Source: Acidobacteriota bacterium (lineage in GTDB: Bacteria > Acidobacteriota > Terriglobia > Terriglobales > SCQP01). From it: DNA of 64,000 bases. The DNA is taken from contig JAKASR010000002.1 in assembly GCA_021818955.1 (NCBI GenBank), forward strand, positions 9,169 through 73,168, written 5' to 3'. A program made the translations under genes and the position numbers. The notes under the pieces were generated by a model. That model saw only the letters and a program-made list of their open reading frames with translations. It had not been told where the DNA came from and made no database searches. The stretch's first letter is position 1, and each line of letters opens with the position of its first letter. This document shows, piece by piece, positions 22,096 through 32,564 of this stretch.

Positions 22096-22351
22096 GCGCG
22101 GCCTCTTAATCGAGTGTATGCAAGGCGTACAGCGCGAGCAACTGAACGAGCGGTCGGGGGGAGGCATGAGCCGCGTGGCATGGGCAAACTGAGGCTGTCG
22201 GCGAGTTGCAGGCAAAAACGGCCCGCCTGCAGCTAGAAGGCAAAGAAATAAGGCCGCTTAGCCATGCGGCACTGTCGGCAATTTGAAGCAATACGGTTGC
22301 GCTAAGGTTCGCGGCGCAGAAGTTAGCCGATTCGAAACTTTCGCCGTGGCC

Positions 22352-23656
22352 TCAAGAGGCCGTGGCGGTTTCTTCCGGCAGCCGGCTGGCGGCGGCCCAA
22401 AGTCCGAGCGAGGGGCTATGGACAAAGTACGCCGCATCCCCGTCCGGCCAGCGGTGCGGTCCCGGCTCCAGCCGGGTGGGATCGTAGCGCGCCAGCAGGG
22501 ATTTGGCCTCGGCCCAGGAAAAGCAGACGCCTTCAATTTCCGCCTGGCTGAGGCCACCGGCGGCATAGCGGATGGTGAAGCGTCCCTCGGAGGAGCCGTT
22601 CATCAGATGGGCGGCGGCATGGCCGAGATCGCGCAAGTCGGCATTGCGGCGGTAGAGATCGAGCACCCGCGGCGTGCCGCAATAGCCATAGCGGCGAATC
22701 AGGGCATCCACCTCGGGCTGCTCGCCAAAACGCTCGACGCCGGGCGCCAGCACCAGCAATTCGCCGCCTTCGGCGATAGCCATGCGGGTGCGATAGATCG
22801 CCTTGTTGGCCACCCAGGTGCTGCGGAACTCATCGGGCTGCATGTAGGCGACCACGCGCGCGAGCGGTTGCGCCAGGCGATGCACGTTCCAGCGCCGGCT
22901 GGCGCGGGCGGCGGCCAGATAAGTTTCCAGATCGTCGCCAACATAAATGCCGCAGGTGACCGGCGAGCCGTCGGGCAGCGCGCGCATCACGATCAGCAGA
23001 TAAACATCGGGCAGATGCGACAGGTATTGCTCTTCCGCCCAATTGAAACAGGCGCGCAAGGGGGTAATCAAGCGGCCGAGATTGTTTTCGATGCCCCAGG
23101 CGGCGGCGGCCATATGGGAGGCGCAAAGCGTATCTTTCCCGCCCACGCCGATGAAGTAATTTTTATTATGGCTGGCAAAGCCCAGCACTTCATGCGGCAC
23201 GACATGGCCGACATGGACAATCAAGTCCCAAGGCTCATCCACCACCATGCGGTTAAGGTCAAGGGGAATCTCCCAATCGGCGCGGCCCTGGCTAAGTTCG
23301 GCAACTCGGGCGGCGGGCACGGCGCCGAGGCGGCGCACCCCGCCGCGCCAATCGTGGGCGTGAATGCGGTCATTGGGAATCGCGCCAAACATGCGGCGAT
23401 TCTCCGCGGGGGTATGCGGGCGATGCTGGCCGAGCGTGGGGATGACCTGCGTATCGCAAGCCTCGCCCAACTGGCGATATAAGGATTCGGTCAAGCCGCC
23501 GGCGCCGCTATGCATGCGGGTCAGATCGGGAGGCAGCAGCAGCGCGCGGCGCGGCCGGCGGTGAAAACGGGCGGCGGCTTCCTCCAGCAGCCGGGCGGTC
23601 AGGCGCTCCAGCGTCGCCGGAGAGATGCTGTCTTCTTCATGAATAAACCAGGGCAT
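22352..23656 (-). CDS. Lactate racemase (LarA) domain protein
   Basis: PPDLTRMHSG, TLGQHRPH, VVPHEVLGFASHNK, NKAIY; LarA N-terminal-like motifs. Confidence 0.72.
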   Translation of the reverse strand: MPWFIHEEDSISPATLERLTARLLEEAAARFHRRPRRALLLPPDLTRMHSGAGGLTESLYRQLGEACDTQVIPTLGQHRPHTPAENRRMFGAIPNDRIHAHDWRGGVRRLGAVPAARVAELSQGRADWEIPLDLNRMVVDEPWDLIVHVGHVVPHEVLGFASHNKNYFIGVGGKDTLCASHMAAAAWGIENNLGRLITPLRACFNWAEEQYLSHLPDVYLLIVMRALPDGSPVTCGIYVGDDLETYLAAARASRRWNVHRLAQPLARVVAYMQPDEFRSTWVANKAIYRTRMAIAEGGELLVLAPGVERFGEQPEVDALIRRYGYCGTPRVLDLYRRNADLRDLGHAAAHLMNGSSEGRFTIRYAAGGLSQAEIEGVCFSWAEAKSLLARYDPTRLEPGPHRWPDGDAAYFVHSPSLGLWAAASRLPEETATAS

Positions 23657-23689
23657 ATTCCGAATCCAGGGGCCAATCCAGTTTAGCGT

Positions 23690-24931
23690 TCAGTCCGGAA
23701 GGCGCGAAAGCACCAGGGCCGAGTTTTTCGAGCCAAAGCCAATACAATTACACAGCGCATGCTGAATTTGGCACGGGCGGCCGCGCAGCGGAACATAATC
23801 GAGGTCGCACTCCGGATCGGGACATTCCAAATTGACAGTTGGCGGCAGCCAGCCATCCCGCATGGCCAACAGGCTGGCCGCCACCCCGGCTGCGCCGGAA
23901 GCGCCCTGGGGGTGGCCGATCAGCGATTTCAGCGCGGAGGCGGGAACGGCATAGGCCGATTTCCCCAGCGCCAGTTTCAAGGCGCGGGTTTCAATGCGGT
24001 CATTGAGCACGGTCGAAGTGCCGTGCAGGTTGACGTAACCGACGCGGTCCGGGCCGATGCCGGCCTCCTCAAGCGCCAATCGCATGGCGCGCGCCGGCTC
24101 CTCGCCGCTGGTTTCGAGCCGCACGCGATGAAAGGCCTCGCAGGTGGACCCGTAGCCGGTAATTTCCGCATAAATGCGGGCGCCGCGGGCGCGGGCGCCG
24201 CGCAAGCTTTCCAGCGCAAAAATCCAGGCGCCTTCGCCCAGCACGAAGCCGTCGCGATCGGCGGAAAAAGGGCGGGAAGCTTTTTCCGGCTGCTGATTCC
24301 AGGAAGTGGTCAGGATCCTCATCAGCATGAAAGCGCGAATGATGAGCGGGGCCAGCGGCGCATCGGCGCCGCCGCAGAGCAGATGCCCGATTTTGCCGGA
24401 TGCAATCAGCAAGCGGGCATAGCCGAGCGCGTCAGTGGATGAAGTACAGCCGGTGGAGAGCAGATGGCTGCACCCGCGCAGCCCGAAGCGCATGGAAATC
24501 TCGCTCGCCAGCGTGCCCGGCGTGGCGGAAGGGATGGTATAGACGCTGCAGCGGCGATCGTGTCCGCTGAAGTAGGTGGAAAACTGATTTTCGACGAAAG
24601 CCAACGCCGCGCCGCCGCTGCCCAGCACCACTCCCCAGTCGCGCCGCTCAGACAAGGAGAAGCGGGCCGTGTCCCAACCCGCATCGGCCAGCGCTTCTTC
24701 CGCCGCCGCTAAAGCCAGCGGCACGACCCGGCCGACGTGCGCCAGCTCATGCCTTTCCATGTGGCGGCCCGGGTCGAAGGCTTCGGCATACCCGCCGATA
24801 CGAACATTCAAATCGGCCGGCAGCAGGGCATCAATCCGGCGCACGCCGCTTTTCCCGGCACGAGTTGAAGCCCAGAACACTTCGCGGCCCACCCCGTTGG
24901 GGCTGACCGCGCCAATTCCGGTTATGACCAC
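23690..24931 (-). CDS. Beta-ketoacyl-ACP synthase (FabF/KS-alpha-like)
   Basis: VVITGIG, STGCTS (catalytic Cys), NLHGTST, KSLIGH, GFGSKN; start could be CTG 24940. Confidence 0.9.
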   Translation of the reverse strand: MVITGIGAVSPNGVGREVFWASTRAGKSGVRRIDALLPADLNVRIGGYAEAFDPGRHMERHELAHVGRVVPLALAAAEEALADAGWDTARFSLSERRDWGVVLGSGGAALAFVENQFSTYFSGHDRRCSVYTIPSATPGTLASEISMRFGLRGCSHLLSTGCTSSTDALGYARLLIASGKIGHLLCGGADAPLAPLIIRAFMLMRILTTSWNQQPEKASRPFSADRDGFVLGEGAWIFALESLRGARARGARIYAEITGYGSTCEAFHRVRLETSGEEPARAMRLALEEAGIGPDRVGYVNLHGTSTVLNDRIETRALKLALGKSAYAVPASALKSLIGHPQGASGAAGVAASLLAMRDGWLPPTVNLECPDPECDLDYVPLRGRPCQIQHALCNCIGFGSKNSALVLSRLPD

Positions 24932-25020
24932 CCGCTCCAGCGAAGCGCTCCCGGCGCGCCGGCATGACGCGCTGGAATCATCTTATCGTCAATTCGCCAG
25001 CGGACGTTTTACGACCGGTT

Positions 25021-25500
25021 TTAGAAGGATTTACTGATGCCGATCGTGAAACGGCTTAAGCCGTCACCGGCGATCCGCACTTCCGGCCGTATCGAAAAGC
25101 CTCCCGACAACGGGAAAAAAGCGCCGAACCCGACAATGGGCGAGCCATGCGTTTTGCCCCCGAATTGCGCCAAGCCCACGCCGCCTAGCGCGTAAGGACG
25201 AACGCGCGTATCGGAAAGATGGAATACATATTCAAAACTGCCATCGAGCGAGAAAACGCCTTCCGAGCCCGCGCGGCCGAAGGCGATGGTGGGCTCAAAG
25301 AAAACGTTGTTGGTGATTCCCATCCCCAACCCGCCGCCCATCTCAAAACCGGAAGGGCTGAATAGCGCGCCACCGAATAAAGTCCAGTTGTTGGGGTGCT
25401 GCGCCTGAGCCGGCAAAACGCCGGCGGAAAAAAAGAGCATCGATGCCCCAAGCACGCTCAGGGCAAAACGCACAATTTTGCGGTGCACGCAAAAGTTCAT
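25021..25500 (-). CDS. Small outer-membrane beta-barrel protein
   Basis: SD GGAGA, signal peptide ending AQA, PYALGGVG strand, C-terminal GISKSF. Confidence 0.75.
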   Translation of the reverse strand: MNFCVHRKIVRFALSVLGASMLFFSAGVLPAQAQHPNNWTLFGGALFSPSGFEMGGGLGMGITNNVFFEPTIAFGRAGSEGVFSLDGSFEYVFHLSDTRVRPYALGGVGLAQFGGKTHGSPIVGFGAFFPLSGGFSIRPEVRIAGDGLSRFTIGISKSF

Positions 25501-25544
25501 CTTGCAATCTCCAGGTCTGTTTTGAAGGTTCAAGGCAAGATAAG

Positions 25545-25560
25545 AGCAATCGAATTGCCA
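25545..25560 (-). promoter_or_regulatory. Sigma54 (-24/-12) promoter of the beta-barrel gene
   Basis: TGGCAATTCGATTGCT matches TGGCA-N6-TTGC. Confidence 0.65.
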
Positions 25561-25737
25561 GATGGAACTGCGCGGCATTCCAGTATTTATGCGGGTTAGC
25601 CTTGATTGGATTTATGCAGAAGCCTGCAGCTTCTGCCCCTGGAAGGTAATTTTTCCAGCCAGCCCGGGATAAAGTTGAAACCGCTCCCAGCCAGCGCCAC
25701 TTTCAAGCTAAATAGCTGCTGGTAAAATGAAGTTGGG

Positions 25738-27141
25738 ATGGGCAAGACACTTTTTCGCAAGATTTGGGACCGTCATCGGGTGCATGAAGAGCCGGGCAAA
25801 CCAGTCTTGCTCTATATCGATTTGCACCTGATTCATGAAGTGACCTCGCCGCAAGCCTTTGAAGCCTTGCGGAAAGCCGGTCGCCGAGTCCGGCGCCCGG
25901 AACGCACCTATGCGACGATGGACCACAATGTTCCGACCGATCCGAGGCCGATTAAAATTCAAGATGCTAACTCCGCCCGGCAAATTGAGGTGCTGGCGGC
26001 CAACTGCAAGGCATTCGGCATACAACTTTTCGATCTCGACAGCCCGCATCAGGGCATTGTTCATGTCATTGGGCCGGAACTGGGCCTGACCCAGCCCGGC
26101 ATGACCATCGTCTGCGGCGATAGCCATACGGCCACGCATGGCGCCCTGGGAGCGCTGGCCTTTGGTATTGGCACCAGCGAAGTGGAGCATGTGCTGGCGA
26201 CGCAATGTTTATGGCAGCGCCAGCCGAAAACCATGCAAATTCGGGTGGATGGCCAGCTTCCCGCCGGGGTTTCAGCCAAGGATTTGATCCTTTATGTCAT
26301 TGGTCAAATTGGGGTGAGCGGAGCCACCGGCTGTGTGATTGAATACGCCGGAGATACGATTCGGGCGCTCTCGATGGAAGAGCGCATGACGGTCTGCAAC
26401 ATGTCAATTGAAGCCGGTGGACGGGCCGGCATGATCGCGCCCGATCAGGTAACGTTTCTGTTGTTGCGCGGCCGTCCGCATGCGCCCCTAGGCGCGGCGT
26501 TCGAGCGCGCGGTACGGGACTGGGAAACGCTGGCCAGCGATCCGGATGCGGAGTTCGATCAACGGGTGGCATTTCGCGCCGGGGAGATTGCGCCCCAAGT
26601 GAGCTGGGGCACCAATCCCGGCATGGTGACTTCCATTTCGGAGCGCGTTCCCGACCCGGCAACGATCCAGGACTCCGTGGCGAGGCGCTCCACGGAATTG
26701 GCGCTACAGTACATGGATTTGCGCCCCGGAATGAGATTGCAAGGCTTGGCTATCGATCGCGTCTTTATCGGCTCCTGCACGAACTCGCGGTTGAGCGATC
26801 TGGAAATCGCCGCCCGATACGTAGCCGGACACAAAGTCGCCGCCGGAGTGCGGGCCATGGTCGTCCCCGGGTCGCGCCAGGTCAAGGCGGAAGCGGAAAA
26901 ACGTGGCCTGGATAAGATTTTTCGCGAGGCGGGATTCGAATGGCGGGAGTCCGGCTGCAGCATGTGCCTGGGCATGAATCCCGATATCCTGCAGCCAGGC
27001 GAACGCTGCGCCTCGACCAGCAATCGCAATTTCGAAGGCCGGCAGGGCCGGCTGGGACGGACCCATCTGGTCAGCCCGGCGATGGCCGCGGCTGCCGCCA
27101 TCGCCGGGCATTTCGTCGATGTCCGCGAATGGCCACACTGA
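25738..27141 (+). CDS. leuC: 3-isopropylmalate dehydratase large subunit
   Basis: [44 protein letters not shown]. Confidence 0.97.
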   Translation: MGKTLFRKIWDRHRVHEEPGKPVLLYIDLHLIHEVTSPQAFEALRKAGRRVRRPERTYATMDHNVPTDPRPIKIQDANSARQIEVLAANCKAFGIQLFDLDSPHQGIVHVIGPELGLTQPGMTIVCGDSHTATHGALGALAFGIGTSEVEHVLATQCLWQRQPKTMQIRVDGQLPAGVSAKDLILYVIGQIGVSGATGCVIEYAGDTIRALSMEERMTVCNMSIEAGGRAGMIAPDQVTFLLLRGRPHAPLGAAFERAVRDWETLASDPDAEFDQRVAFRAGEIAPQVSWGTNPGMVTSISERVPDPATIQDSVARRSTELALQYMDLRPGMRLQGLAIDRVFIGSCTNSRLSDLEIAARYVAGHKVAAGVRAMVVPGSRQVKAEAEKRGLDKIFREAGFEWRESGCSMCLGMNPDILQPGERCASTSNRNFEGRQGRLGRTHLVSPAMAAAAAIAGHFVDVREWPH

Positions 27142-27151
27142 ACTGCTTACC

Positions 27152-27736
27152 ATGCAACCTTTTCGCCAACTCACCGCCATAGCCGTTCCCCTCGACCGGG
27201 CGAATGTGGATACGGACCAGATTATTCCCAAGCAATTTCTAAAAAACGTGCTGCGCTCCGGCTTGGGTAAGGGCTTGTTTTTCGACTGGCGCTATTTGCC
27301 CGATGGCGATCCCAATCCCGAGTTCGTGCTCAACCGGCCCGAATATCGCGGCGCCGGCATCCTGCTGGCGAGGGAGAATTTTGGCTGTGGCAGCTCGCGC
27401 GAACATGCGCCCTGGGCGCTGAAGGATTTTGGCATCCAGGCTTTAATCGCACCCTCATTTGCCGATATTTTCTACAACAATTGCCTGCAAAACGGAATGC
27501 TGCCGATTAGCTTGCCGGGAGCCGAGGTGGACCGTTTGTTTCAGGTGGTTTCCGCCGCTCCGGGAACCCAGCTCAGCATTAATTTAGAAAAGCAACACGT
27601 CAGCACGCCGCATGGCGAAACCTTCGCATTCGAGCTAGATGCCTACCAAAAACAATGCCTGCTGGAAGGCTGGGACTCGATTGCGCTGACGTTACGGCAT
27701 GAAGACGAAATCGCAGCCTTTGAAGCGAGAGGTTGA
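27152..27736 (+). CDS. leuD: 3-isopropylmalate dehydratase small subunit
   Basis: [36 protein letters not shown]. Confidence 0.97.
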   Translation: MQPFRQLTAIAVPLDRANVDTDQIIPKQFLKNVLRSGLGKGLFFDWRYLPDGDPNPEFVLNRPEYRGAGILLARENFGCGSSREHAPWALKDFGIQALIAPSFADIFYNNCLQNGMLPISLPGAEVDRLFQVVSAAPGTQLSINLEKQHVSTPHGETFAFELDAYQKQCLLEGWDSIALTLRHEDEIAAFEARG

Positions 27737-27906
27737 ACACGCTATTCTCCCGTTGCCTTCTCAGTTTTTGTACTTTGGTTTCATTTTCAACATTGATTGA
27801 ATCCGTAGGCGTCCATAAAGCCAGCTAAAAGATTCCAAGAAAATCAGAATTGCCGCGAGCCGAAATGCGGCCCGGCCAAAAGTTTCAACTTCGGCCGCGC
27901 GTTCGC

Positions 27907-29058
27907 ATGAAACGCTCACCTATCGACATTAGCTTGCCCTCCACACTAGCCCATAGTTTTTCTCCTGTTCTGGCTCTAATTTGCTCTTGCGGGCGCACGG
28001 TTCAAATCGCGCTCAACCATACAGATGAGAACAGCGAGCGCGCGAACCAGGGGCCGCGGCCGTTGCATTGCGAATGCGGTAGAAGTCTAGGCAATCAGGA
28101 AAGCGGCTTGCTTCGCCTGGGATCGGCGTTGCCGTATTGGGGCGAAATCGACGAAGCTCGCATGCGACAAATATTAAGATTGGCCGAGGAGCGCGGATGG
28201 CGGCCGGCGGTAGGGCAGTCTTTGCCCGGCTCCCTTACCCAATATGTGGAAAGTAACGGACGAGGCGGGTTCAAAGATATTTTGCCCTGGCATCCCGGCA
28301 GCCGCATTCTCGACGTGGGCAGCGGGTGGGGCGCCATCAGCGCCGAACTGGCGCGGGAATACACGGTCATCTCATTGGAAGGGGTCGAAGAACGGGCTCG
28401 CTTTATAGCTTTACGCGCACGGCAGGATAGGCTGGCGAATCTTTATTCCGTTCGTGCAGTCCTGCCGTTTTTACGGCTGGGCGCGGAACAGTTCGACGGA
28501 ATCGTCCTGAACGGAGTTCTCGAATGGGTGGGCGTTTGGCAACCTTCGATAAATCCCCGGACGGCGCAGGTGGAATTTTTGCGGGAAATGCGCCGGCTGC
28601 TGCGCCCGGGAGGATCGGTCTATCTGGCCATTGAAAACCGTTTTGGTTGGCCGGAATTGCGGGGCGCCATTGACCATAGCGGGCTTCCCTATACCAGCCT
28701 ATTGCCGCGCTTTCTAGCCCGTTGGGTCGTTGCCGGCCAAAGTTTATATCGCTCGCAAGCCAATAGCGGATATCGCACTTATACCTATACGCTACAAGGG
28801 TACCGAAAGTTGTTTCGCGCCGCCGGCTTGCGCAGCCGCGAGATCTGGATTTGTCCCAGCGGTTACAACCAACCTCATGAAATTCTGCCCCTGCAACAGT
28901 CTGCGATTCGCTATTTCGTCAACCGCCACGAGCTGAGCCGCGCCGGCCATTGGCGTCATTGGATGAAGCACAGGGTGAAGCAGATGTTGGGACAGGAATG
29001 GCTATGGCGAACTTTCGGCTCAGATTTCCTGTTTATTCTGGAGCCGGCCGATGCATGA
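27907..29058 (+). CDS. Class I SAM-dependent methyltransferase with putative N-terminal Cys ribbon
   Basis: ILDVGSGWG, FDGIVLNGVLEW, LRPGG, IENRFG; CSCG...CECG near the N-terminus; start uncertain. Confidence 0.85.
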   Translation: MKRSPIDISLPSTLAHSFSPVLALICSCGRTVQIALNHTDENSERANQGPRPLHCECGRSLGNQESGLLRLGSALPYWGEIDEARMRQILRLAEERGWRPAVGQSLPGSLTQYVESNGRGGFKDILPWHPGSRILDVGSGWGAISAELAREYTVISLEGVEERARFIALRARQDRLANLYSVRAVLPFLRLGAEQFDGIVLNGVLEWVGVWQPSINPRTAQVEFLREMRRLLRPGGSVYLAIENRFGWPELRGAIDHSGLPYTSLLPRFLARWVVAGQSLYRSQANSGYRTYTYTLQGYRKLFRAAGLRSREIWICPSGYNQPHEILPLQQSAIRYFVNRHELSRAGHWRHWMKHRVKQMLGQEWLWRTFGSDFLFILEPADA

Positions 29059-29974
29059 TTGCGTGCGGCGCTGGCACAAGCAGACCGGCGGCCGGCTATT
29101 GCGGATGATTACCGGCACGCAAATGGCCTTAATCGCCTGTTTTGGGAAGAAGCCGGTTCCGTTATGGCTGGCAAAGATCAGCCCCAATCCCATCTGCGAT
29201 GAATTGTTACGCCAGGAATATACCGCCTTGCTCTACCTCAAGCCCTGGGCTGAGAGTTTAGGCATCCCCCAGGTTTGGGATTGGGAACAGAGCGCGCAAG
29301 GTACTTGCCTGATTCAACAGGGCATGCCGGGAAAAAATCCAGCGGACTTCCGGCTTGGCGGCACGGCGCTGAACCAGGCGATCGGCTGGCTGGAAACTTT
29401 CCAGCGCATGGTGCCACCCGCGGCACTGTTCACTATGCCTGATCTCATACTCCGAGATTGGGACCGCAGCCAACGGGAGCCTGATCCCTTCAGATTAAGC
29501 GGGTTGCTGCTGGAGATGCTGCGGCAACAATCCGCGCCGGCGCTGCCGGTCACGGCCAGCCATGGCGATTTCTGGTACGGCAACATTTTATATGCGGACA
29601 GCGGCATTCGCGTAGTGGATTGGCAATGCATGGGATCGCGCCCACCGGTTGAAGATCTGCTGACGCTTCTGCTGAAGTCCGAATACCGGTCTTCGCTGGC
29701 CGGCCGGGGAGATTTGGAATCGTTCCTGCAGTTCTGGCATGCGCCCTGGATCGCGGCTTGCTGGCGCCATTACCTGGCCCAGTTGGGGTGGACGGAAGCG
29801 GCAGGCAAACTGGGATTTTATCTTTACCTGGCGCGCCGCATACGCTGGGAAAGCGGGATGGAGGGCCAATTCCGCAGTCCCGCCGAACGCCTGGCGGCAA
29901 ATATGCGCTGGAGCGGGATCGTCGAATGGCTGGCGGCGCGGCGCTTCCCGATGCCATTTACAACCAGAAGCTGA
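29051..29974 (+). CDS. APH/choline-kinase-like phosphotransferase
   Basis: HGDFWYGNI and VVDW motifs; overlaps the methyltransferase stop. Confidence 0.82.
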   Translation: MHDCVRRWHKQTGGRLLRMITGTQMALIACFGKKPVPLWLAKISPNPICDELLRQEYTALLYLKPWAESLGIPQVWDWEQSAQGTCLIQQGMPGKNPADFRLGGTALNQAIGWLETFQRMVPPAALFTMPDLILRDWDRSQREPDPFRLSGLLLEMLRQQSAPALPVTASHGDFWYGNILYADSGIRVVDWQCMGSRPPVEDLLTLLLKSEYRSSLAGRGDLESFLQFWHAPWIAACWRHYLAQLGWTEAAGKLGFYLYLARRIRWESGMEGQFRSPAERLAANMRWSGIVEWLAARRFPMPFTTRS

Positions 29975-30051
29975 CCCGGTATCGGCCGATAATTGACAGG
30001 ATGCGCGGCGCATGCCATCTTGCTTGAGTCGGCGTAATCGCCCGGGCAGTC

Positions 30052-30510
30052 ATGGTGCATTCCTATCATGAAGTGCTGCGCTTAGAGAGCCGCCTGGAAA
30101 GCGTGGACCGGGCGCAATCGCAAGCCCAGCTATTCGCCCTTGAAGCCGGCTTCGACGAAACGGGCCGCCATCAGGTGGCCATGGCGGTGCGTGAAATCGT
30201 CATCAACGCCATTGCGCACGGCAATGCCTACGATCCGGCCAAGCGGGTTAAGCTGGAATTTGAGCTCACGCCCGCGGAACTTATCATCTTCATTCAGGAC
30301 GAAGGCTCCGGTTTTGACCCCTCACATCAGCCGGATCCGCTGTCTCCGGAAAACCTGCTGAGGCAATCCGGGCGCGGCATGTTATTAGCCCGGGCTTTCA
30401 TGGATCAGATTGATTTCCAACCCACCCCGCATGGCACCAGCGTCAGAATGTGCAAGCACCGCCCCGGGAGCAACGGCCAGGGGAATGGCGATGCGGCGCC
30501 CAGGGCATGA
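30052..30510 (+). CDS. Anti-sigma factor Ser/Thr kinase (RsbW-like)
   Basis: EIVINAIAHGN, DEGSGFD, SGRGMLL. Confidence 0.92.
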   Translation: MVHSYHEVLRLESRLESVDRAQSQAQLFALEAGFDETGRHQVAMAVREIVINAIAHGNAYDPAKRVKLEFELTPAELIIFIQDEGSGFDPSHQPDPLSPENLLRQSGRGMLLARAFMDQIDFQPTPHGTSVRMCKHRPGSNGQGNGDAAPRA

Positions 30511-30854
30511 ATACCCTCCACATACAAACCCGTCAAGTCGATGAAGTGGATGTTCTCGATCTGGCAGGCCGCATTACGCTGGGAGAAGGCAGCTTGCGTT
30601 TACGCGAGTCGTTGCAGGTCTATTCGCAGCAGCCGCGCGCCCGGGTGTTGTTGAATTTTTCCGAGGTGCAATACATTGACAGCTCGGGTTTGGGCGAGCT
30701 AGTCAGCGCGTTTGCCGCCATTCGCCGCCAGGGCGGCGAATTAAAACTCTTGCGGCTGACCCGTAAAGTGCACGATTTGCTGCAGATCACGAAACTTTAT
30801 ACTGTCTTCGATATTCACGAAGATGAAGCCGACGCGATTGCCGCTTTTGTCTAA
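30507..30854 (+). CDS. Anti-sigma factor antagonist (STAS, RsbV-like)
   Basis: YIDSSGLGEL; ATGA overlap with rsbW. Confidence 0.93.
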   Translation: MNTLHIQTRQVDEVDVLDLAGRITLGEGSLRLRESLQVYSQQPRARVLLNFSEVQYIDSSGLGELVSAFAAIRRQGGELKLLRLTRKVHDLLQITKLYTVFDIHEDEADAIAAFV

Positions 30855-30880
30855 TTGAGCGCAAGGAGACACCATAGCCG

Positions 30881-31717
30881 ATGGGATCCGCCTGGCACGA
30901 AATCGGGCTGAGTCTGCACCACCTGACTCCCTTGGCGGTATTGGATATTGTGCTGGTGGCGGTGGTGCTTTATCAATGCCTGCTGCTGGTGCGTGGCACG
31001 CGCGCCAGCCAGGTTTTGCTGGGCATTTTTCTGCTGGTACTGGCCTATTACGGCTCCGAGTGGGGCGGATTGACCATGCTGCACTGGCTGTTAAGCTCGG
31101 CGCTTCCCTATCTGTTTATCGCGATACTGGTCATCTTTCAGGCAGAAATCCGCAATGGATTGGCCAAGATAGGACGCGGCACTCTCGGACTGGCCCGCGA
31201 TCACGGTTCCGGGGAAAGCTATGAGGATATCGTGCTGGCGGCGAATTTTTTTTCAAGCCGCAAGTTGGGAGCGCTGATGGTGATCGAACGCCAGACCGGG
31301 CTGCGCACATATATCGAAAGCGGCGTGCCCTTGCAGGCGCACCTCAGCTACGACCTGCTCATTACCATCTTCCGCCCGGGAGCGCCGCTGCATGATGGCG
31401 CGGTGGTGATTCAGGGCAATCGCATCGCGGCGGCAGCCTGTTTTCTGCCGATCTCCACCAACCCGCTGCTCTCGCCGCAGTGGGGCACCCGGCATCGCGC
31501 CGCCATCGGCATTACGGAAGAAACCGACGCGGTGGCGATTGCGGTCAGCGAGGCGCATGGCGGCATTAGCCTCGCGGTCGGCGGCAAACTGGAGCCGGAC
31601 TTGAGCGTGGAGCGCCTGCGCCAACGCCTGGGTGAATTATTCCGGCAATATTTGCCCCCACTGGTCTTGCCCACCAGTTCCGCGACTCCAGATTCCTCGC
31701 GCGAGATCTTTTCATGA
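30881..31717 (+). CDS. cdaA: Diadenylate cyclase
   Basis: Three N-terminal TM helices, FQAEIR, LHDGA, GTRHRAAIG. Confidence 0.95.
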   Translation: MGSAWHEIGLSLHHLTPLAVLDIVLVAVVLYQCLLLVRGTRASQVLLGIFLLVLAYYGSEWGGLTMLHWLLSSALPYLFIAILVIFQAEIRNGLAKIGRGTLGLARDHGSGESYEDIVLAANFFSSRKLGALMVIERQTGLRTYIESGVPLQAHLSYDLLITIFRPGAPLHDGAVVIQGNRIAAAACFLPISTNPLLSPQWGTRHRAAIGITEETDAVAIAVSEAHGGISLAVGGKLEPDLSVERLRQRLGELFRQYLPPLVLPTSSATPDSSREIFS

Positions 31718-31790
31718 GCCCCTCGCCCATGTTCGCCGAAGGGCCTTTTTTCCTCCTTCTCCGGCTGGCTGAGACGAGGGAGGCCCGGAC

Positions 31791-32513
31791 ATGAAGTATT
31801 TTGGACAGCGGCTACTTCGGCATTGGAATTTAAAAATGCTGGCGCTGGGGCTAAGCCTATTGCTTTATCTGGCAATATCGGGCCAGCCGCGTTCCGAAGT
31901 CGGGCTCACCGCACCGATTGTATTTCGCAATTTGCCCGCCGGCATGGAGATCACCAATAGCCATTTGCATCGGGTGGAAGTCCGGCTGATTGGTCCCGCC
32001 GACCTGGTGACACGCGCGGCATACACGGCCATTAGCGTCAGCATTGATTTAAGCCAGGCGACAATCGGACGTCATCCGGTATATCTGACGCAGGCCAATG
32101 TCAGCACACCCTTTGAACTGCACGTGGCCAGCATTCGCCCCAACCGGTTGATGCTCGATCTGGAGCGCGTGCTGACGCAGCGCTTACAACTCCGGCCCGA
32201 GCCGATTGGAACTCCCGCGCCCGGATACCATTGGCAGGGAGCCCGGCTCTATCCGGCCTGGGTTCAAGCCACGGGCCCGGAACCCAATCTGGCCAAGTTG
32301 CATGGCCGCTTGCCGGTGGCACTGGAAGTGAGTGGCCTGCGAGCCAGCCGGAAAATCCCGTTCCTGCTCTCCAGCCCCGACCCATCCATCCGCTTGACAC
32401 TCCCACCCGGCGCATACGCGGAAGTAGAGATCGGCCGCTTGCCTGGTAAGCCTCCGGCAAAACTCCATAGCCCTTCGAAAACAGCCTCGGCTCATCCGGC
32501 TGAACGCGGGTGA
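31791..32513 (+). CDS. cdaR: CdaR/YbbR-domain protein
   Basis: NLKMLALGLSLLLY TM anchor, beta-rich repeats, between cdaA and glmM. Confidence 0.8.
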   Translation: MKYFGQRLLRHWNLKMLALGLSLLLYLAISGQPRSEVGLTAPIVFRNLPAGMEITNSHLHRVEVRLIGPADLVTRAAYTAISVSIDLSQATIGRHPVYLTQANVSTPFELHVASIRPNRLMLDLERVLTQRLQLRPEPIGTPAPGYHWQGARLYPAWVQATGPEPNLAKLHGRLPVALEVSGLRASRKIPFLLSSPDPSIRLTLPPGAYAEVEIGRLPGKPPAKLHSPSKTASAHPAERG

Positions 32514-32564
32514 TGCCAGAGTGGCCTGATAAACTAACTTCATCATCAACTGGAATCGGCAAAC

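Noticed and set aside
22096-22351. Cobalamin riboswitch upstream of the mutase
   Set aside because: No B12-box or conserved GGGAA...GCCACTG elements visible on the minus strand
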